64,000 nucleotides of DNA from Candidatus Calditenuis fumarioli (GCA_030059665.1 JANVYR010000002.1:511521-575520); one strand, 5' to 3'; positions 1-10,785 are shown, counted from the stretch's first letter. Made by a program: numbers and translations. Notes: generated by a model from the sequence alone, not told the origin.

Positions 1-885
1 GAGGTAGCCGTAGTGCCTCTTGTTGGAGTATCCCAGGACGACCGAGCTATCCACCTCTCCTCCGACCCTGCAGACGGGTCCTATGTAGGAGGATGCGACG
101 TTCGATCCCGGAAAGACAATCGTACCGTCGCCGACGAAGCAGGGCCCCTCGATCCTGGAGTGCGACATGACCCTGACGGATTCGCCGATGAAGATCGGAC
201 CTCTCCTCAGGTCGAGCGTGACGAACGGCTCCAGCACCGATCCGCGACCGATGTGGATCCTCGAACGGTCACCCAGCACCCTGACCTGCTCGTCCACGTC
301 CCCGAGGATCCTGCCGTCGACCAGCCGGTCCAGCTCCGAGGGGAGCAGCATCTCCGTCACCGGTATGAGGTCCCAGACAGACCCGATCCTGAGGAGCCCT
401 CCGACATCGAACTTCTCCTCGAGCTCGTCCGAGAGAGACCTCAGGAGGTCCTTCGCCGTGAAGCCCGAATCGGACCCGGGGTCGCTCAAGGCGTCCAGGA
501 GCGCGACCCTTCTCACCAGCGCAGCCACCAGCCGGCCGTCGGAGACCAAGGCCCTTCCGGGCGAGTCGAGCCGCCTCAGGAGGTCCCTCAGCGCGCCGTC
601 AACGAGGTATGTCGGGTCCAGAATCAGCACACGCTCCGTCTCGATAGAGTCGGCGTCCGCGGCGAAGCCCTCTCCCAACCTCTCACCGAGCAGGTCACGG
701 AGGTACCTCCGGGTGAGGACAACGATCGGTGCCCCGCATTCGACCCCGAGCCCGGCAGCCCGCTCGAGCAGCGTCAGGGCCCCAACCCTCAGCTCCGGGA
801 CAGAGCGGAGGAGTGAGAGCGGCGCGAAGTTCCAGGGATCGGTCTCGAGCAGGACGAGCTGAGCGCCCTCGGGGCCCTTCGCCAC
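1..885 (-). CDS. Putative sugar-phosphate nucleotidyltransferase (GlmU-like, C-terminal hexapeptide beta-helix); runs off the window start
   Basis: Manual minus-strand translation from GTG at 885 (GAGGTG SD upstream): VAKGPEGAQLVLLETDPWNFAPLSLLRSVPELRVGALTLLER...IFIGESVRVMSHSRIEGPCFVGDGTIVFPGSNVASSYIGPVCRVGGEVDSSVVLGYSNKRHYGYL. Absent from the ORF track because it has no stop in the window. Confidence 0.8.
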   Translation of the reverse strand, partial: MAKGPEGAQLVLLETDPWNFAPLSLLRSVPELRVGALTLLERAAGLGVECGAPIVVLTRRYLRDLLGERLGEGFAADADSIETERVLILDPTYLVDGALRDLLRRLDSPGRALVSDGRLVAALVRRVALLDALSDPGSDSGFTAKDLLRSLSDELEEKFDVGGLLRIGSVWDLIPVTEMLLPSELDRLVDGRILGDVDEQVRVLGDRSRIHIGRGSVLEPFVTLDLRRGPIFIGESVRVMSHSRIEGPCFVGDGTIVFPGSNVASSYIGPVCRVGGEVDSSVVLGYSNKRHYGYL

Positions 886-895
886 GCCCCGCACC

Positions 896-1420
896 TCACC
901 GCCTCGCGAGGTGGACGAGATGCGGCAGCTCGCCAGCAACGATCTCGGCCGCCAACCGCGCGCCGTCCGGTGATCCCGGGAACGCGAAGACCACCATCCC
1001 CCTGACCACGCCCGCAGTGGCCCTGCTGAGCATCGCGGCCCCACCGATCCGCCGGTAGCTCTCGGCCCTGAAGACCTCACCGAACCCGGGAAGCTCCTTG
1101 TCGAAGAGGGGCCTTAGCGCCTCGACGGTCACGTCCCTGGAGGTCACGCCGGTCCCACCGATGACGACGAACGCGTCGCAGCCCTCCTCGAGCGCTTTGT
1201 AGAGTGTCCTCCTGATCATCCGGACGTCGTCGTCGACCACCCCGTACCTCCTCACCGCGTGTCCGGCTCTCCTCAGGACCTCCTCCACCGCATCGCCCGA
1301 CTCGTCCGCGACGGCCTCGCCCTGCAGCGATCTGGCGTACCTCGAGCTGCTGGCGGTTACGATCCCGACCGTGACCGATCTCGGAGCGGCCTCCCTGTGC
1401 TCCTTGACGGGCCCGCTCAA
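896..1420 (-). CDS. moaB: Molybdenum cofactor biosynthesis protein B (MoaB/MogA family)
   Basis: GIVTASSSR...DESG, GGTGVTSRDVTVEA, LPGFGEVFR, AMLSRATAG, PGSPDG motifs. Confidence 0.92.
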   Translation of the reverse strand: MSGPVKEHREAAPRSVTVGIVTASSSRYARSLQGEAVADESGDAVEEVLRRAGHAVRRYGVVDDDVRMIRRTLYKALEEGCDAFVVIGGTGVTSRDVTVEALRPLFDKELPGFGEVFRAESYRRIGGAAMLSRATAGVVRGMVVFAFPGSPDGARLAAEIVAGELPHLVHLARR

Positions 1421-1450
1421 CGTCCCACCGCGATTTCAGTCGACGCGCCT

Positions 1451-2404
1451 CTATCTGAGACTTCTGGCGAAGCGGAGGACCTCGGAGGCCAACCTCACCG
1501 CCCTCGTCCTGTCGGTCATCAAAGTGTCCGTGACGAGCACCTTGACGTCCAGCTCCGACTCGATCCTGCGGGCGAGATCCGCATCAACCCTGTCTATCAC
1601 CATCCCGTCGAGCCCGAAGAGCTCGGAGTAGTACTTGGCCACTCCGTACGCGGACGGCTCCATCCCGAAGGCCTTCATCAGTTTGTCCGCGGGGCCTCTC
1701 AGTGCCCTGCCGCCGACGATGGGCGAGACGGCCACCTTGACCGCCCCGCTCGACCTCACAGCGTCGAGAACTCCCCGCGTCTCGAGGATCGGCCTGACGC
1801 TCAGGATCGGGTTGCTCGGAGCGACGATCACCGCCTCGGACCGGCTCAGCGCCTCGATCACCCCCGGCGCGGCCTCCTCATCGGGAGACCTCTCTACGGT
1901 TATCCTGAGGACCTCCGGCTCAGCCCTACGCTTGACGAAGTACTCCTGGAAGCTCATCGGCCCCTCCGAGGTGAAGACGGTGGTTTTGACGCGGCTGTCG
2001 GTCATCGGAATCACCCTGCACCTGATTCCTAGCTTACGGGCGATCAGCTCGGTCACATCCGACAACCTCATCCCCGAGGAGAGGAGCTCGGTCCTGAGCA
2101 GATTCGTGGCCAGGTCGGCGTCGCCTATCCTGAACCAGTTCTCCCTCCCGAGCCTACCGAGGGCCTCGTTGCACCTGAACGTGTCCCCGGCTATCCCCCA
2201 TCCCCTCTCCCAGTCGCCGATCCCGGAGAGGGCGTAGAGGACCGTGTCCACGTCTGGCGAGATGTGCAGCCCGTAGACCACCTCGTCGTCGGCGGTGTTC
2301 ACGATCACCACCAGCTCCTCCCCGAGCAGCTCGTAGAGGCCTGCGGCGAGCCTGGATCCCCCGACGCCACCCGAGAGCAGCGCTATCAGAGCTGCCTCCC
2401 CCAC
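1451..2404 (-). CDS. cofD: 2-phospho-L-lactate/phosphoenolpyruvate transferase CofD (F420 biosynthesis)
   Basis: LSGGVGGSRL, VNTADD, GLHISPDVDTVLY, GDADLATN, FQEYFV, APSNPILSV, VSPIVGG. The ORF-track N-terminal extension overlaps the upstream gene; the start is probably GTG 2404. Confidence 0.93.
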   Translation of the reverse strand: MGEAALIALLSGGVGGSRLAAGLYELLGEELVVIVNTADDEVVYGLHISPDVDTVLYALSGIGDWERGWGIAGDTFRCNEALGRLGRENWFRIGDADLATNLLRTELLSSGMRLSDVTELIARKLGIRCRVIPMTDSRVKTTVFTSEGPMSFQEYFVKRRAEPEVLRITVERSPDEEAAPGVIEALSRSEAVIVAPSNPILSVRPILETRGVLDAVRSSGAVKVAVSPIVGGRALRGPADKLMKAFGMEPSAYGVAKYYSELFGLDGMVIDRVDADLARRIESELDVKVLVTDTLMTDRTRAVRLASEVLRFARSLR

Positions 2405-3033
2405 CTGTCGAGCGCGGCTATCTCGGAGAGCGGCTTCCTCTCCGCATCCCTCGTCCCTCCCGGAAGGCCGATCTCGATCAGGGCCTGGGGCTCGAAGTCC
2501 TCCGGAAGCCCGAGCACACGTTTGACCGCGTCGGGGGCGAAGAGGGGCCCGCACCTCCAGCATGCTCCCAGACCCATGGCGTGCAGTGCCAGCAGCAGGT
2601 TCTGGATGAAGGCCGCCACCGACTGGATCGCCATCACGTGCTCGAACCGGTTCCTCCTCTCGTCAGGGTAGCGGTCCATGTCCCTCATCGTCATGCAGAC
2701 CACGACGACCACCGAGGCCCTCAACGTCCTCCTCATCGACTCCCTCACGATCGCCTCCACCTTCCACTCCGGGAAACCGTCAGAACTGAGGTCCCTCCGC
2801 CACTCCTCAGCCATCGCCTCGAGCAGCTCGGTCAGAACCCGCCTGTCCCTGATCACCACCACCCGCCACGGCTGGGCGTTGTGCGCGCTCGGCGCAGTGC
2901 AGGCCACCTCCAGCGCCCTCAGGACCTTCTCCAACGGGACCTCCCCCTCTCCCAGCAGCTTCGACGACCTCCTGCTCGAGATGAAACGTAGCAGATCCTC
3001 CTCCGTGCAGTTATCGCGCGACGTTCCCGACAT
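2386..3033 (-). CDS. Nitroreductase-family protein resembling the FbiB C-terminal (dehydro-F420 reductase-like) domain
   Basis: RRSSK, APSAHNAQPWR, LLEAMAEEWRRDLSSDG, QNLLLALHAMGLGACW; stop overlaps the cofD start. Confidence 0.8.
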   Translation of the reverse strand: MSGTSRDNCTEEDLLRFISSRRSSKLLGEGEVPLEKVLRALEVACTAPSAHNAQPWRVVVIRDRRVLTELLEAMAEEWRRDLSSDGFPEWKVEAIVRESMRRTLRASVVVVVCMTMRDMDRYPDERRNRFEHVMAIQSVAAFIQNLLLALHAMGLGACWRCGPLFAPDAVKRVLGLPEDFEPQALIEIGLPGGTRDAERKPLSEIAALDRWGRQL

Positions 3034-3044
3034 TCCGGACCACC

Positions 3045-3680
3045 TCAGAGCGCGAACCTCCTCGCCAACCTTCTGGCCGCCTCCAGGTCCTCGGGCGTGT
3101 TCACGTTGACCGCGAAGCTCTCCTCCTCAACCGTGAGGACGTGCATCCCGGAGAGAAGCAGGTCCAGCGGCGTACCTGCCTCGTGGTGGATCAGCTTGAT
3201 TCCCGAGTGCTGCAGATCTTTGCCGATCATACCGTGGGGCGCAGAGGGCCTCACCCCCAGCGAGACCGCGAGCCTCACCGGAACGGTCACCACGACCATC
3301 CGCATTCCCTTCAGGTCGCCCACGTGGTGCCTCACCAGCAGCTCCTCGACCTTTGCCGGGTCGATGAACGGGACGTCCGCGGAGAAGGCTGCGTAGCTGC
3401 CCGAACCCATGGACTCCATGGCCTCGTGAAGGTCGTCGTAATGGCCCCTGCCAGAGGCCACGAAGACCTCGATGCCCCTTCGCCTCAAGTGTGAGGTGGT
3501 GGTCGGGGTATAAGGGCTGGTGACGCAGATTACCCTCCGAAGAGACCTGACCAGCGCCAGCCTCTCGAGGACGTGCTCCACCATCGGCCTGCCGTCGATC
3601 TCCAGCAGCGCCTTCTCCACACCACCCATCCTCGTTCCCCTTCCTCCGGCCATCACGAGGCCAACGTGGGTCCCACCCAT
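3045..3680 (-). CDS. CobY-like NTP transferase (GTP-dependent guanylyltransferase, MobA/CobY fold)
   Basis: MAGGRGTRMGGVEK, TSPYTPTT, SGRGHYDDLHEA, SADVP, NVNTPEDL closely follow archaeal CobY; ATG at 3680. Confidence 0.75.
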   Translation of the reverse strand: MGGTHVGLVMAGGRGTRMGGVEKALLEIDGRPMVEHVLERLALVRSLRRVICVTSPYTPTTTSHLRRRGIEVFVASGRGHYDDLHEAMESMGSGSYAAFSADVPFIDPAKVEELLVRHHVGDLKGMRMVVVTVPVRLAVSLGVRPSAPHGMIGKDLQHSGIKLIHHEAGTPLDLLLSGMHVLTVEEESFAVNVNTPEDLEAARRLARRFAL

Positions 3681-3776
3681 CCCGTCGCATCCCACCCCGC
3701 CGCGGTAAAGGGCCTTCGCCCATTTCCCCTTCCACCTCGTCGAGCCCGAGGGCTGCACCCACCCACGAGCTACCAG

Positions 3777-3790
3777 AAAATCTTATAACG
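3777..3790 (+). promoter_or_regulatory. BRE/TATA promoter of tbp
   Basis: AAAATCTTATAAC about 30 nt upstream of the tbp ATG. Confidence 0.55.
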
Positions 3791-3817
3791 TGGTACTCAT
3801 CCCTTTTTAAGGAAAGG

Positions 3818-4405
3818 ATGAGCGGCCAGCAGTACCCTGAACCCAAGATCGAGATACAGAACGTGGTCGCGTCGGTCACCCTGAACCAGAAGCTCGACCT
3901 CCAGGCGATACAGAACGCCTTCCCGCAGGTGGACTACAAGCCGGCCCAGTTCCCGGGGCTGGTCTTCAGGCTCGAGAAGCCGAGGACGGCCACGCTGATC
4001 TTCAGCAGCGGCAAGATGGTCTGCACCGGAGCGAAGAGCGAGGAGGAGGCGAGGAGGGCCGTGATGCGCGTGGTCCGCCTCCTGAAGGAGAAGGGCTTCC
4101 TGATCAAGGAGGAGCCGATCATCGAGATACAGAACATCGTGGCCTCGATAGACCTCTTCGGCAGGATCGACCTAGAGCTCGCCGCCAACACGCTCGAGAA
4201 CGTGATGTACGAGCCGGAGCAGTTCCCCGGGCTGATCTACCGGATGTCGTCGCCGAAGGTGGTGATCCTGATGTTCGCGAGCGGCAAGCTCGTCTGCACC
4301 GGCGCCAAGACCGAGAGGGAGGTGCACGAGGCCATCAGGAAGCTCTCGGAGGAGCTGAGGGAGAAGGGCCTGATCACCTACGTCAGCCAGGTCGCCGGCA
4401 GCTGA
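3818..4405 (+). CDS. tbp: TATA-box-binding protein
   Basis: Two repeats: IQNVVAS..YKPAQFPGLVFR..LIFSSGKMVCTGAK and IQNIVAS..YEPEQFPGLIYR..MFASGKLVCTGAK. Confidence 0.99.
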   Translation: MSGQQYPEPKIEIQNVVASVTLNQKLDLQAIQNAFPQVDYKPAQFPGLVFRLEKPRTATLIFSSGKMVCTGAKSEEEARRAVMRVVRLLKEKGFLIKEEPIIEIQNIVASIDLFGRIDLELAANTLENVMYEPEQFPGLIYRMSSPKVVILMFASGKLVCTGAKTEREVHEAIRKLSEELREKGLITYVSQVAGS

Positions 4406-4459
4406 ACCGGTTGCTCCACAGCTTATAGCGTACTCAGCATACTCTTCAAATGAGGAGGG

Positions 4460-5092
4460 TTGATGCTGGTCCAGCTCCTCCTGCCCTTCCACTGCCCCTG
4501 GTCCCAGTTCCTCAGGTCGAAGGGCCTGAAGTCTGGGATCGTGAGGTGCGTGCCCAACCAGGAGACGGGAGGTGTCACCGCACTGGTGAAGGTCAGGTCG
4601 GAGGGAGCGCAGCCCAGCGAGGTGGAGGGATTGGTGGGGTCCGCGAGCGGCGTGGTCGGTGCCAAGTTCCTCCGGTCCCACGACGGCTCCTCCCTGGTAG
4701 GTCTGGTCCGGACCAGCAGGTGCATGTGCGCGATGTCTGGGATACCCCTCAGGAAGGTGATAGGCGTCTCCGAGGACGAGCGTGGGATCAGGATCAGGGT
4801 GCTGCTCGACGAGCCCTCGGAGCTCAACGACCTGATACGGGAGGTCACGGCGCGCGGCTTCAGGCCGTCGATAGAGGAGGTGGTGCAGCTGAGGGAGGTC
4901 GAGCGGAGGCCGAGGCTGAAGCCCAGGCAGGAGCAGCTCCTCCTCGCTGCCCTCGAGCTCGGGTACTACGAGGTGCCGAAGCGGGTCGGTACCAGGGAGC
5001 TGGCAGATCTGTTCGGCGTCTCACCCAGGGCGGTCTCGGAGGTCCTGAGGAGGGCCCACAAGCGGCTCGTCGAGAGCGCGCTGCTCGGCTGA
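4460..5092 (+). CDS. Transcriptional regulator with C-terminal HTH_10 (bacterio-opsin activator type) domain
   Basis: LKPRQEQLLLAALELGYYEVPKRVGTRELADLFGVSPRAVSEVLRRA. Confidence 0.85.
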   Translation: MMLVQLLLPFHCPWSQFLRSKGLKSGIVRCVPNQETGGVTALVKVRSEGAQPSEVEGLVGSASGVVGAKFLRSHDGSSLVGLVRTSRCMCAMSGIPLRKVIGVSEDERGIRIRVLLDEPSELNDLIREVTARGFRPSIEEVVQLREVERRPRLKPRQEQLLLAALELGYYEVPKRVGTRELADLFGVSPRAVSEVLRRAHKRLVESALLG

Positions 5093-5217
5093 CGTAGGTT
5101 GCTTCTCGGTGACCGGAAGCCGGCGTCGAATCATCGAGCGCTACGCTTTGTCATCAGATCGGCATTCGGTGCGCAGGGAAGGGCCGGGGTTCAGAGTTCG
5201 TAAGGGTTGCGGAAAGC

Positions 5218-5264
5218 TCAGCGGTATTCCCCCTCATCACCGATCAGAAGGCGGTGTTCATCAT
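5218..5264 (-). ncRNA. Box C/D methylation-guide sRNA (16S rRNA target)
   Basis: Minus strand: ATGATGA (C) ACACCGCCTT CTGA (D') TCG GTGATGA (C') GGGGGAATACCG CTGA (D). The D guide is complementary to 16S 63707-63716. TTTAAA box at 5292-5297. Confidence 0.92.
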
Positions 5265-5514
5265 CGTCTCCATCACTGCTCTGAGTTCCGATTTAAACGT
5301 TCCAGGAGCTGGGGGCTCACGGGGCGAACGGTACCTTCGGGCCCTCACGAGGCCCCTCGAACCGGAGCACGGCAGCCGGGTTGCGGCGCGGTTCAACGCG
5401 TCCCACGAACGGGTGCAGCGCACCTCTCCTCCTCATTTAGTTAGGTCCGAAGCTGCGCCCTAACGTGGCTTGAGTTTATGAGTTGGCTTCGGAATCGAGA
5501 TGTCTGGCTGGGTT

Positions 5515-5588
5515 GCCTGGGTAGTATAGCCAGGTTAGTATACCGGCCTGTCGAGCCGGTGACCCGGGTTCAAATCCCGGCCCAGGCG
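5515..5588 (+). tRNA. tRNA-Asp(GTC), no intron, CCA not encoded
   Basis: Acceptor GCCTGGG/CCCAGGC plus G discriminator, anticodon arm CCGGC-CT-GTC-GA-GCCGG, T loop GGTTCAAATCC; TTTATGA box at about 5474. Confidence 0.98.
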
Positions 5589-5802
5589 CTAAAACTCGCT
5601 GTTTTGAGAAATCGGTAGTTTGATTGTGAGCAGGAAAACAGAACAAAGGCCGAGCGACCGGATTTTCCATCAGCAGAGGAATTTCGTGGATCGACCCCTC
5701 TCGCTCACCAGGCCAGGGAGGCCGGGAAAGTCTCACCCTCCTCGGCTCCAGAACTCCCCGGAGACGGGGACTCCCCTGCTTCCAAAAGATATTTGAGGCG
5801 AC

Positions 5803-7422
5803 GTGCTTGCGGAGTCGGCGCGGGGTGGTCGAATCGATTACGTCGAGCTTCTGGACACGACCCTCAGGGACGGCTCACAGACGAGAGGCGTAACCTTCAC
5901 CCTCCGCGACAAAATCAGGGTGGCGCAGCTTCTCGACGAGCTGGGAGTGGACCTGATAGAGGCAGGCTGGCCCGGTTCCAACCCGAAGGACTCCCTGGTG
6001 TTCAAGGCGCTGAGGGAGGCGGGGCTATCCAGGAGCAGGGTCGCGGCGTTCGGCAGCACCCGCAGGAAGGACCTCAGGCCCGAGCAGGACCAGTCGCTCA
6101 ACGCGATACTCGAGGCCGACGTCCCGGTCGCTGTGATCTTCGGGAAGTCCTGGACGCTTCACGTGACCGAGGTTCTGAGGTGCTCGCTGGAGGAGAACCT
6201 GAGGATGGTGACCGAGTCGGTGGAGTACCTGGTCGATCACGGGCTCGAGGTGGTCTTCGACGCGGAGCACTTCTTCGACGGTTACAAGGACTCGCCGGGT
6301 TACGCGGTCTCCGTGCTGAGGGCCGCGCTGGAGGGCGGTGCGAGGGCCGTGGTCCTCTGCGACACCAACGGCGGCTCCCTACCCCACGAGGTTGAGTCGA
6401 TCGTCAGGGAGGTGCGGGAACTGCTGAAGTCGGGGGTGACGCTGGGCGTACACACCCACAACGACGCCGGCTGCGCGGTCGCCAACACGATCGTTGCAGT
6501 GAAAGAGGGGGTGAGGCACGTACAGGGGACGATGATCGGACTGGGGGAGAGGTGCGGCAACGCTGACCTTACGCAGGTAATTCCGGCGCTGGTGCTGAAG
6601 ATGGGCCTAGACTGCCTCGGTGGCGGTGCGAGGGAGAAGCTGCGCAGGCTGAGGGAGGTGGCGCTGACGGTCTCCGAGCTCACGGGGTTCCCGGTCATGC
6701 CCAACCACCCGTACATCGGAAGGAACGCCTTCGCTCACAAGGCCGGAGTCCACATCGACGCGGTGCTGAAGAACCCGAGGGCCTACGAGCACGTCGATCC
6801 CTCCTCGGTCGGTAACGAGAGGTCCTTCTCGGTCTCGGAGCTCGCTGGGAGGGCGACGATCGTCGAGGCCGCGAGGCGCCTCGGGATAGAGCTGAGCAGG
6901 GAGGAGGCAGGGCGGGTGCTGGAGGAGGTGAAGAGGATGGAGGCGGACGGTCACCACCTCGAGGGAGCCGAGGCGACGGTCACGCTGCTCCTGCTGAGGT
7001 CTCTCGGTAGGCTCGTCGAACCCTTCAGGCTCGTCTCCTGGCACGTCGAGACCGGGTACGAGGGCAGTCGAGGGCTGAACTCGAGGGCGACCGTAACCGT
7101 GGCCGTCGGCGACTCGATCGTCTCCTCCTCAGGGGAGGGCGTGGGCCCAGTGCACGCGCTGGACGTGGCCCTCAGGAGGGCCCTTGTGATCAGGTTCAGG
7201 CAGCTCGAGGACGTCAGGCTGACCAATTACAAGGTCTCCGTGATAGGCTCCGACGACGGAACGTCGGCCTCGGTCAGGGTCTACACGGAGTTCAGCATCG
7301 GGCACAGGACGTGGTCCACCACCTCGGTCTCGAGGAACGTCGTCGACGCCAGCGTAAAGGCCCTGGTCGACGGATACGTCTACGCGCTCGCCTTCGGGCT
7401 TCAGGGGGACCGCAGCACCTGA
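5803..7422 (+). CDS. cimA: Citramalate synthase (LeuA/CimA family)
   Basis: DTTLRDGSQ, IEAGWPGSNPKD, CDTNGG, HTHND, GERCGNA, AFAHKAGVH, C-terminal regulatory domain (GVGPVHALD). Confidence 0.85.
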   Translation: MLAESARGGRIDYVELLDTTLRDGSQTRGVTFTLRDKIRVAQLLDELGVDLIEAGWPGSNPKDSLVFKALREAGLSRSRVAAFGSTRRKDLRPEQDQSLNAILEADVPVAVIFGKSWTLHVTEVLRCSLEENLRMVTESVEYLVDHGLEVVFDAEHFFDGYKDSPGYAVSVLRAALEGGARAVVLCDTNGGSLPHEVESIVREVRELLKSGVTLGVHTHNDAGCAVANTIVAVKEGVRHVQGTMIGLGERCGNADLTQVIPALVLKMGLDCLGGGAREKLRRLREVALTVSELTGFPVMPNHPYIGRNAFAHKAGVHIDAVLKNPRAYEHVDPSSVGNERSFSVSELAGRATIVEAARRLGIELSREEAGRVLEEVKRMEADGHHLEGAEATVTLLLLRSLGRLVEPFRLVSWHVETGYEGSRGLNSRATVTVAVGDSIVSSSGEGVGPVHALDVALRRALVIRFRQLEDVRLTNYKVSVIGSDDGTSASVRVYTEFSIGHRTWSTTSVSRNVVDASVKALVDGYVYALAFGLQGDRST

Positions 7423-7488
7423 GCTGACGCACCGGTTCCTTCAGGGGCAGCAAATACGTGATTAATGAGGACGACGCGGTGAGTTGGG

Positions 7489-9279
<1,791 letters not shown>

Positions 9280-9296
9280 GGGCCGGTGATGGCCCT

Positions 9297-10694
9297 GTGA
9301 AGAGTGGAGCGGGAGAACTGGAGGGCGTGCTCGAGGCCGCCAGGCGGATCGCTGTGCCCACGGAGTACGAGGAGAGGAGGCTCAGGACTGTAGCGGAGAG
9401 GGTTCTGAGGGCCGTTGAGGAGGCCTTCAGGGGCGTTGAGGGCCACGTCAGGACGACCCTCGAGGGATCGGCGGCCAAGGGGACCTGGATAAGGTCGAGG
9501 CCCGAGGTGGACGTCTTCGTCCACTTCTCACCGGGCGTGGGCAGGGAGCTGCTGGAGAAGATGGTGGTCGAGCGGGGTTCGAGGGCGCTCGAGGACATCG
9601 GTGCGAGCTGGAGGCTCAGGTACGCAGACCATCCATACGTGGAGGGCTTCCTCGGCGACGTGACCGTGAACGTCGTCGGATGCTACGCAACGGAGCCCGG
9701 AAAATGGCTGAGCCCCGTCGACAGGACTCCCTACCACACGAGGTACGTCCTCTCGAGGCTCGACGACCGCCTCAGGACAGAGATCAGGCTGGCGAAGGCG
9801 TTCATGCGCGGGATCGGCGTCTACGGCGCTGAGCTCAGGATCAGCGGGTTCAGCGGCTACCTCACGGAGCTGCTGGTCCTGAGGTTCAACGGTTTCCTAG
9901 AGCTCCTCAGGGACGGATCGGGATGGAGGCCCGGGAAGGCGATAGACATGACCGGTACCTTCACGGAGGAGGAGCTGAGGGCTCTCTTCCCCAACAGCCC
10001 TCTGATCGTCACGGACCCCGTGGACAGGAACAGGAACGTCGCATCGGCCGTTAGCCTGACCCGCTTCTCTGAGTTCGTGCTGGCATCGAGGCTCTTCCTC
10101 TCCTCTCCGTCACTGAGCTTCTTCGATCCGAGGCCACCGTTCCGCGGTGACGTGAGACCCCTCCTCGGGTGCTTGATGGCGGTGAGGCTGAGAGATTTGC
10201 CGTCGCTGCCGGCCGACACGCTCTGGGGAGAGGTCCTAAAGTTCTGCAGGAGCGTCGAGCGTCGCCTTCAGAGGGAGGGCTTCGTCGTCAGGAGGTGGGC
10301 CGCGGAGTCGAACGGCGACGAGGTGCTGCTGCTCTTCGACATCGAATCCCTGGAGCTGCCACCGCTGGAGCTGAGGGTCGGACCACCGGTCTGGTTGAGG
10401 AACGCGGAGGACTTCGTGGGGGAGCACCTGAGGGACCAGCTCACCGTCGCGGGCCCCTGGGTCTCGGGCGAGCGTCTCTACGTCCTCAAGAGGAGGGCCC
10501 TGAGGTCGGCGAGGGACCTTCTGCTCCGCTGGATCGAGCGCGGTGAGGTCTCGGTGCCCAAGGACGTGGCACCCTCCATAAGGAGCGCAGAGGTCTTCGA
10601 GGTAACGGAGGAGAGGCTCCGGGAGCTCAGGGAATCGGGTTATTCGGCGTTCCTGGACGCCTTCATCGACGGCAGGCCTCCGTTCCTCCGGTGA
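9297..10694 (+). CDS. cca: Archaeal CCA-adding enzyme (class I)
   Basis: GSAAKGTWI..EVDVF, YADHPY, SPVDRTPYHT, GVYGAELRISGFSGYLTELL, TDPVDRNRNVASA; start probably GTG 9297 after GGTGAT. Confidence 0.95.
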   Translation: MKSGAGELEGVLEAARRIAVPTEYEERRLRTVAERVLRAVEEAFRGVEGHVRTTLEGSAAKGTWIRSRPEVDVFVHFSPGVGRELLEKMVVERGSRALEDIGASWRLRYADHPYVEGFLGDVTVNVVGCYATEPGKWLSPVDRTPYHTRYVLSRLDDRLRTEIRLAKAFMRGIGVYGAELRISGFSGYLTELLVLRFNGFLELLRDGSGWRPGKAIDMTGTFTEEELRALFPNSPLIVTDPVDRNRNVASAVSLTRFSEFVLASRLFLSSPSLSFFDPRPPFRGDVRPLLGCLMAVRLRDLPSLPADTLWGEVLKFCRSVERRLQREGFVVRRWAAESNGDEVLLLFDIESLELPPLELRVGPPVWLRNAEDFVGEHLRDQLTVAGPWVSGERLYVLKRRALRSARDLLLRWIERGEVSVPKDVAPSIRSAEVFEVTEERLRELRESGYSAFLDAFIDGRPPFLR

Positions 10695-10770
10695 TTCAGC
10701 ATCTCCAGCACACCATAACGACGCAACGCGGAAGTACCGGAAGTCTTGACACGATAATCCTAGCTTTAAC

Positions 10771-10785
10771 GCATAAATATTATGC
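10771..10785. promoter_or_regulatory. Palindromic operator candidate overlapping the promoter of the nuclease-like gene
   Basis: GCATAA-ATA-TTATGC perfect 6-3-6 inverted repeat ending about 18 nt before ATG 10804. Confidence 0.4.

Noticed and set aside
13-1058. Long plus-strand ORFs at 13-816, 167-862 and 729-1058
   Set aside because: Antisense shadows of the real minus-strand nucleotidyltransferase and moaB. Many other overlapping track ORFs are similar high-GC artefacts.
5110-5157. Possible third C/D sRNA next to the first (minus strand CTGATGA-CAAAGCGTAGCG-CTCG-ATGA...CCGA)
   Set aside because: D' and C' are non-canonical, the spacing to a D box is too long, and I found no target in the visible 16S.
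5723-5741. GGGAAAGTCTCACCCTCC resembles the RNase P RNA P4 5' strand
   Set aside because: No matching 3' P4 or CR-V segment before cimA begins, and there is not enough room.
5515-5800. tRNA-Asp as an integration site
   Set aside because: No integrase and no repeated tRNA 3' end (att site) seen anywhere in the window.
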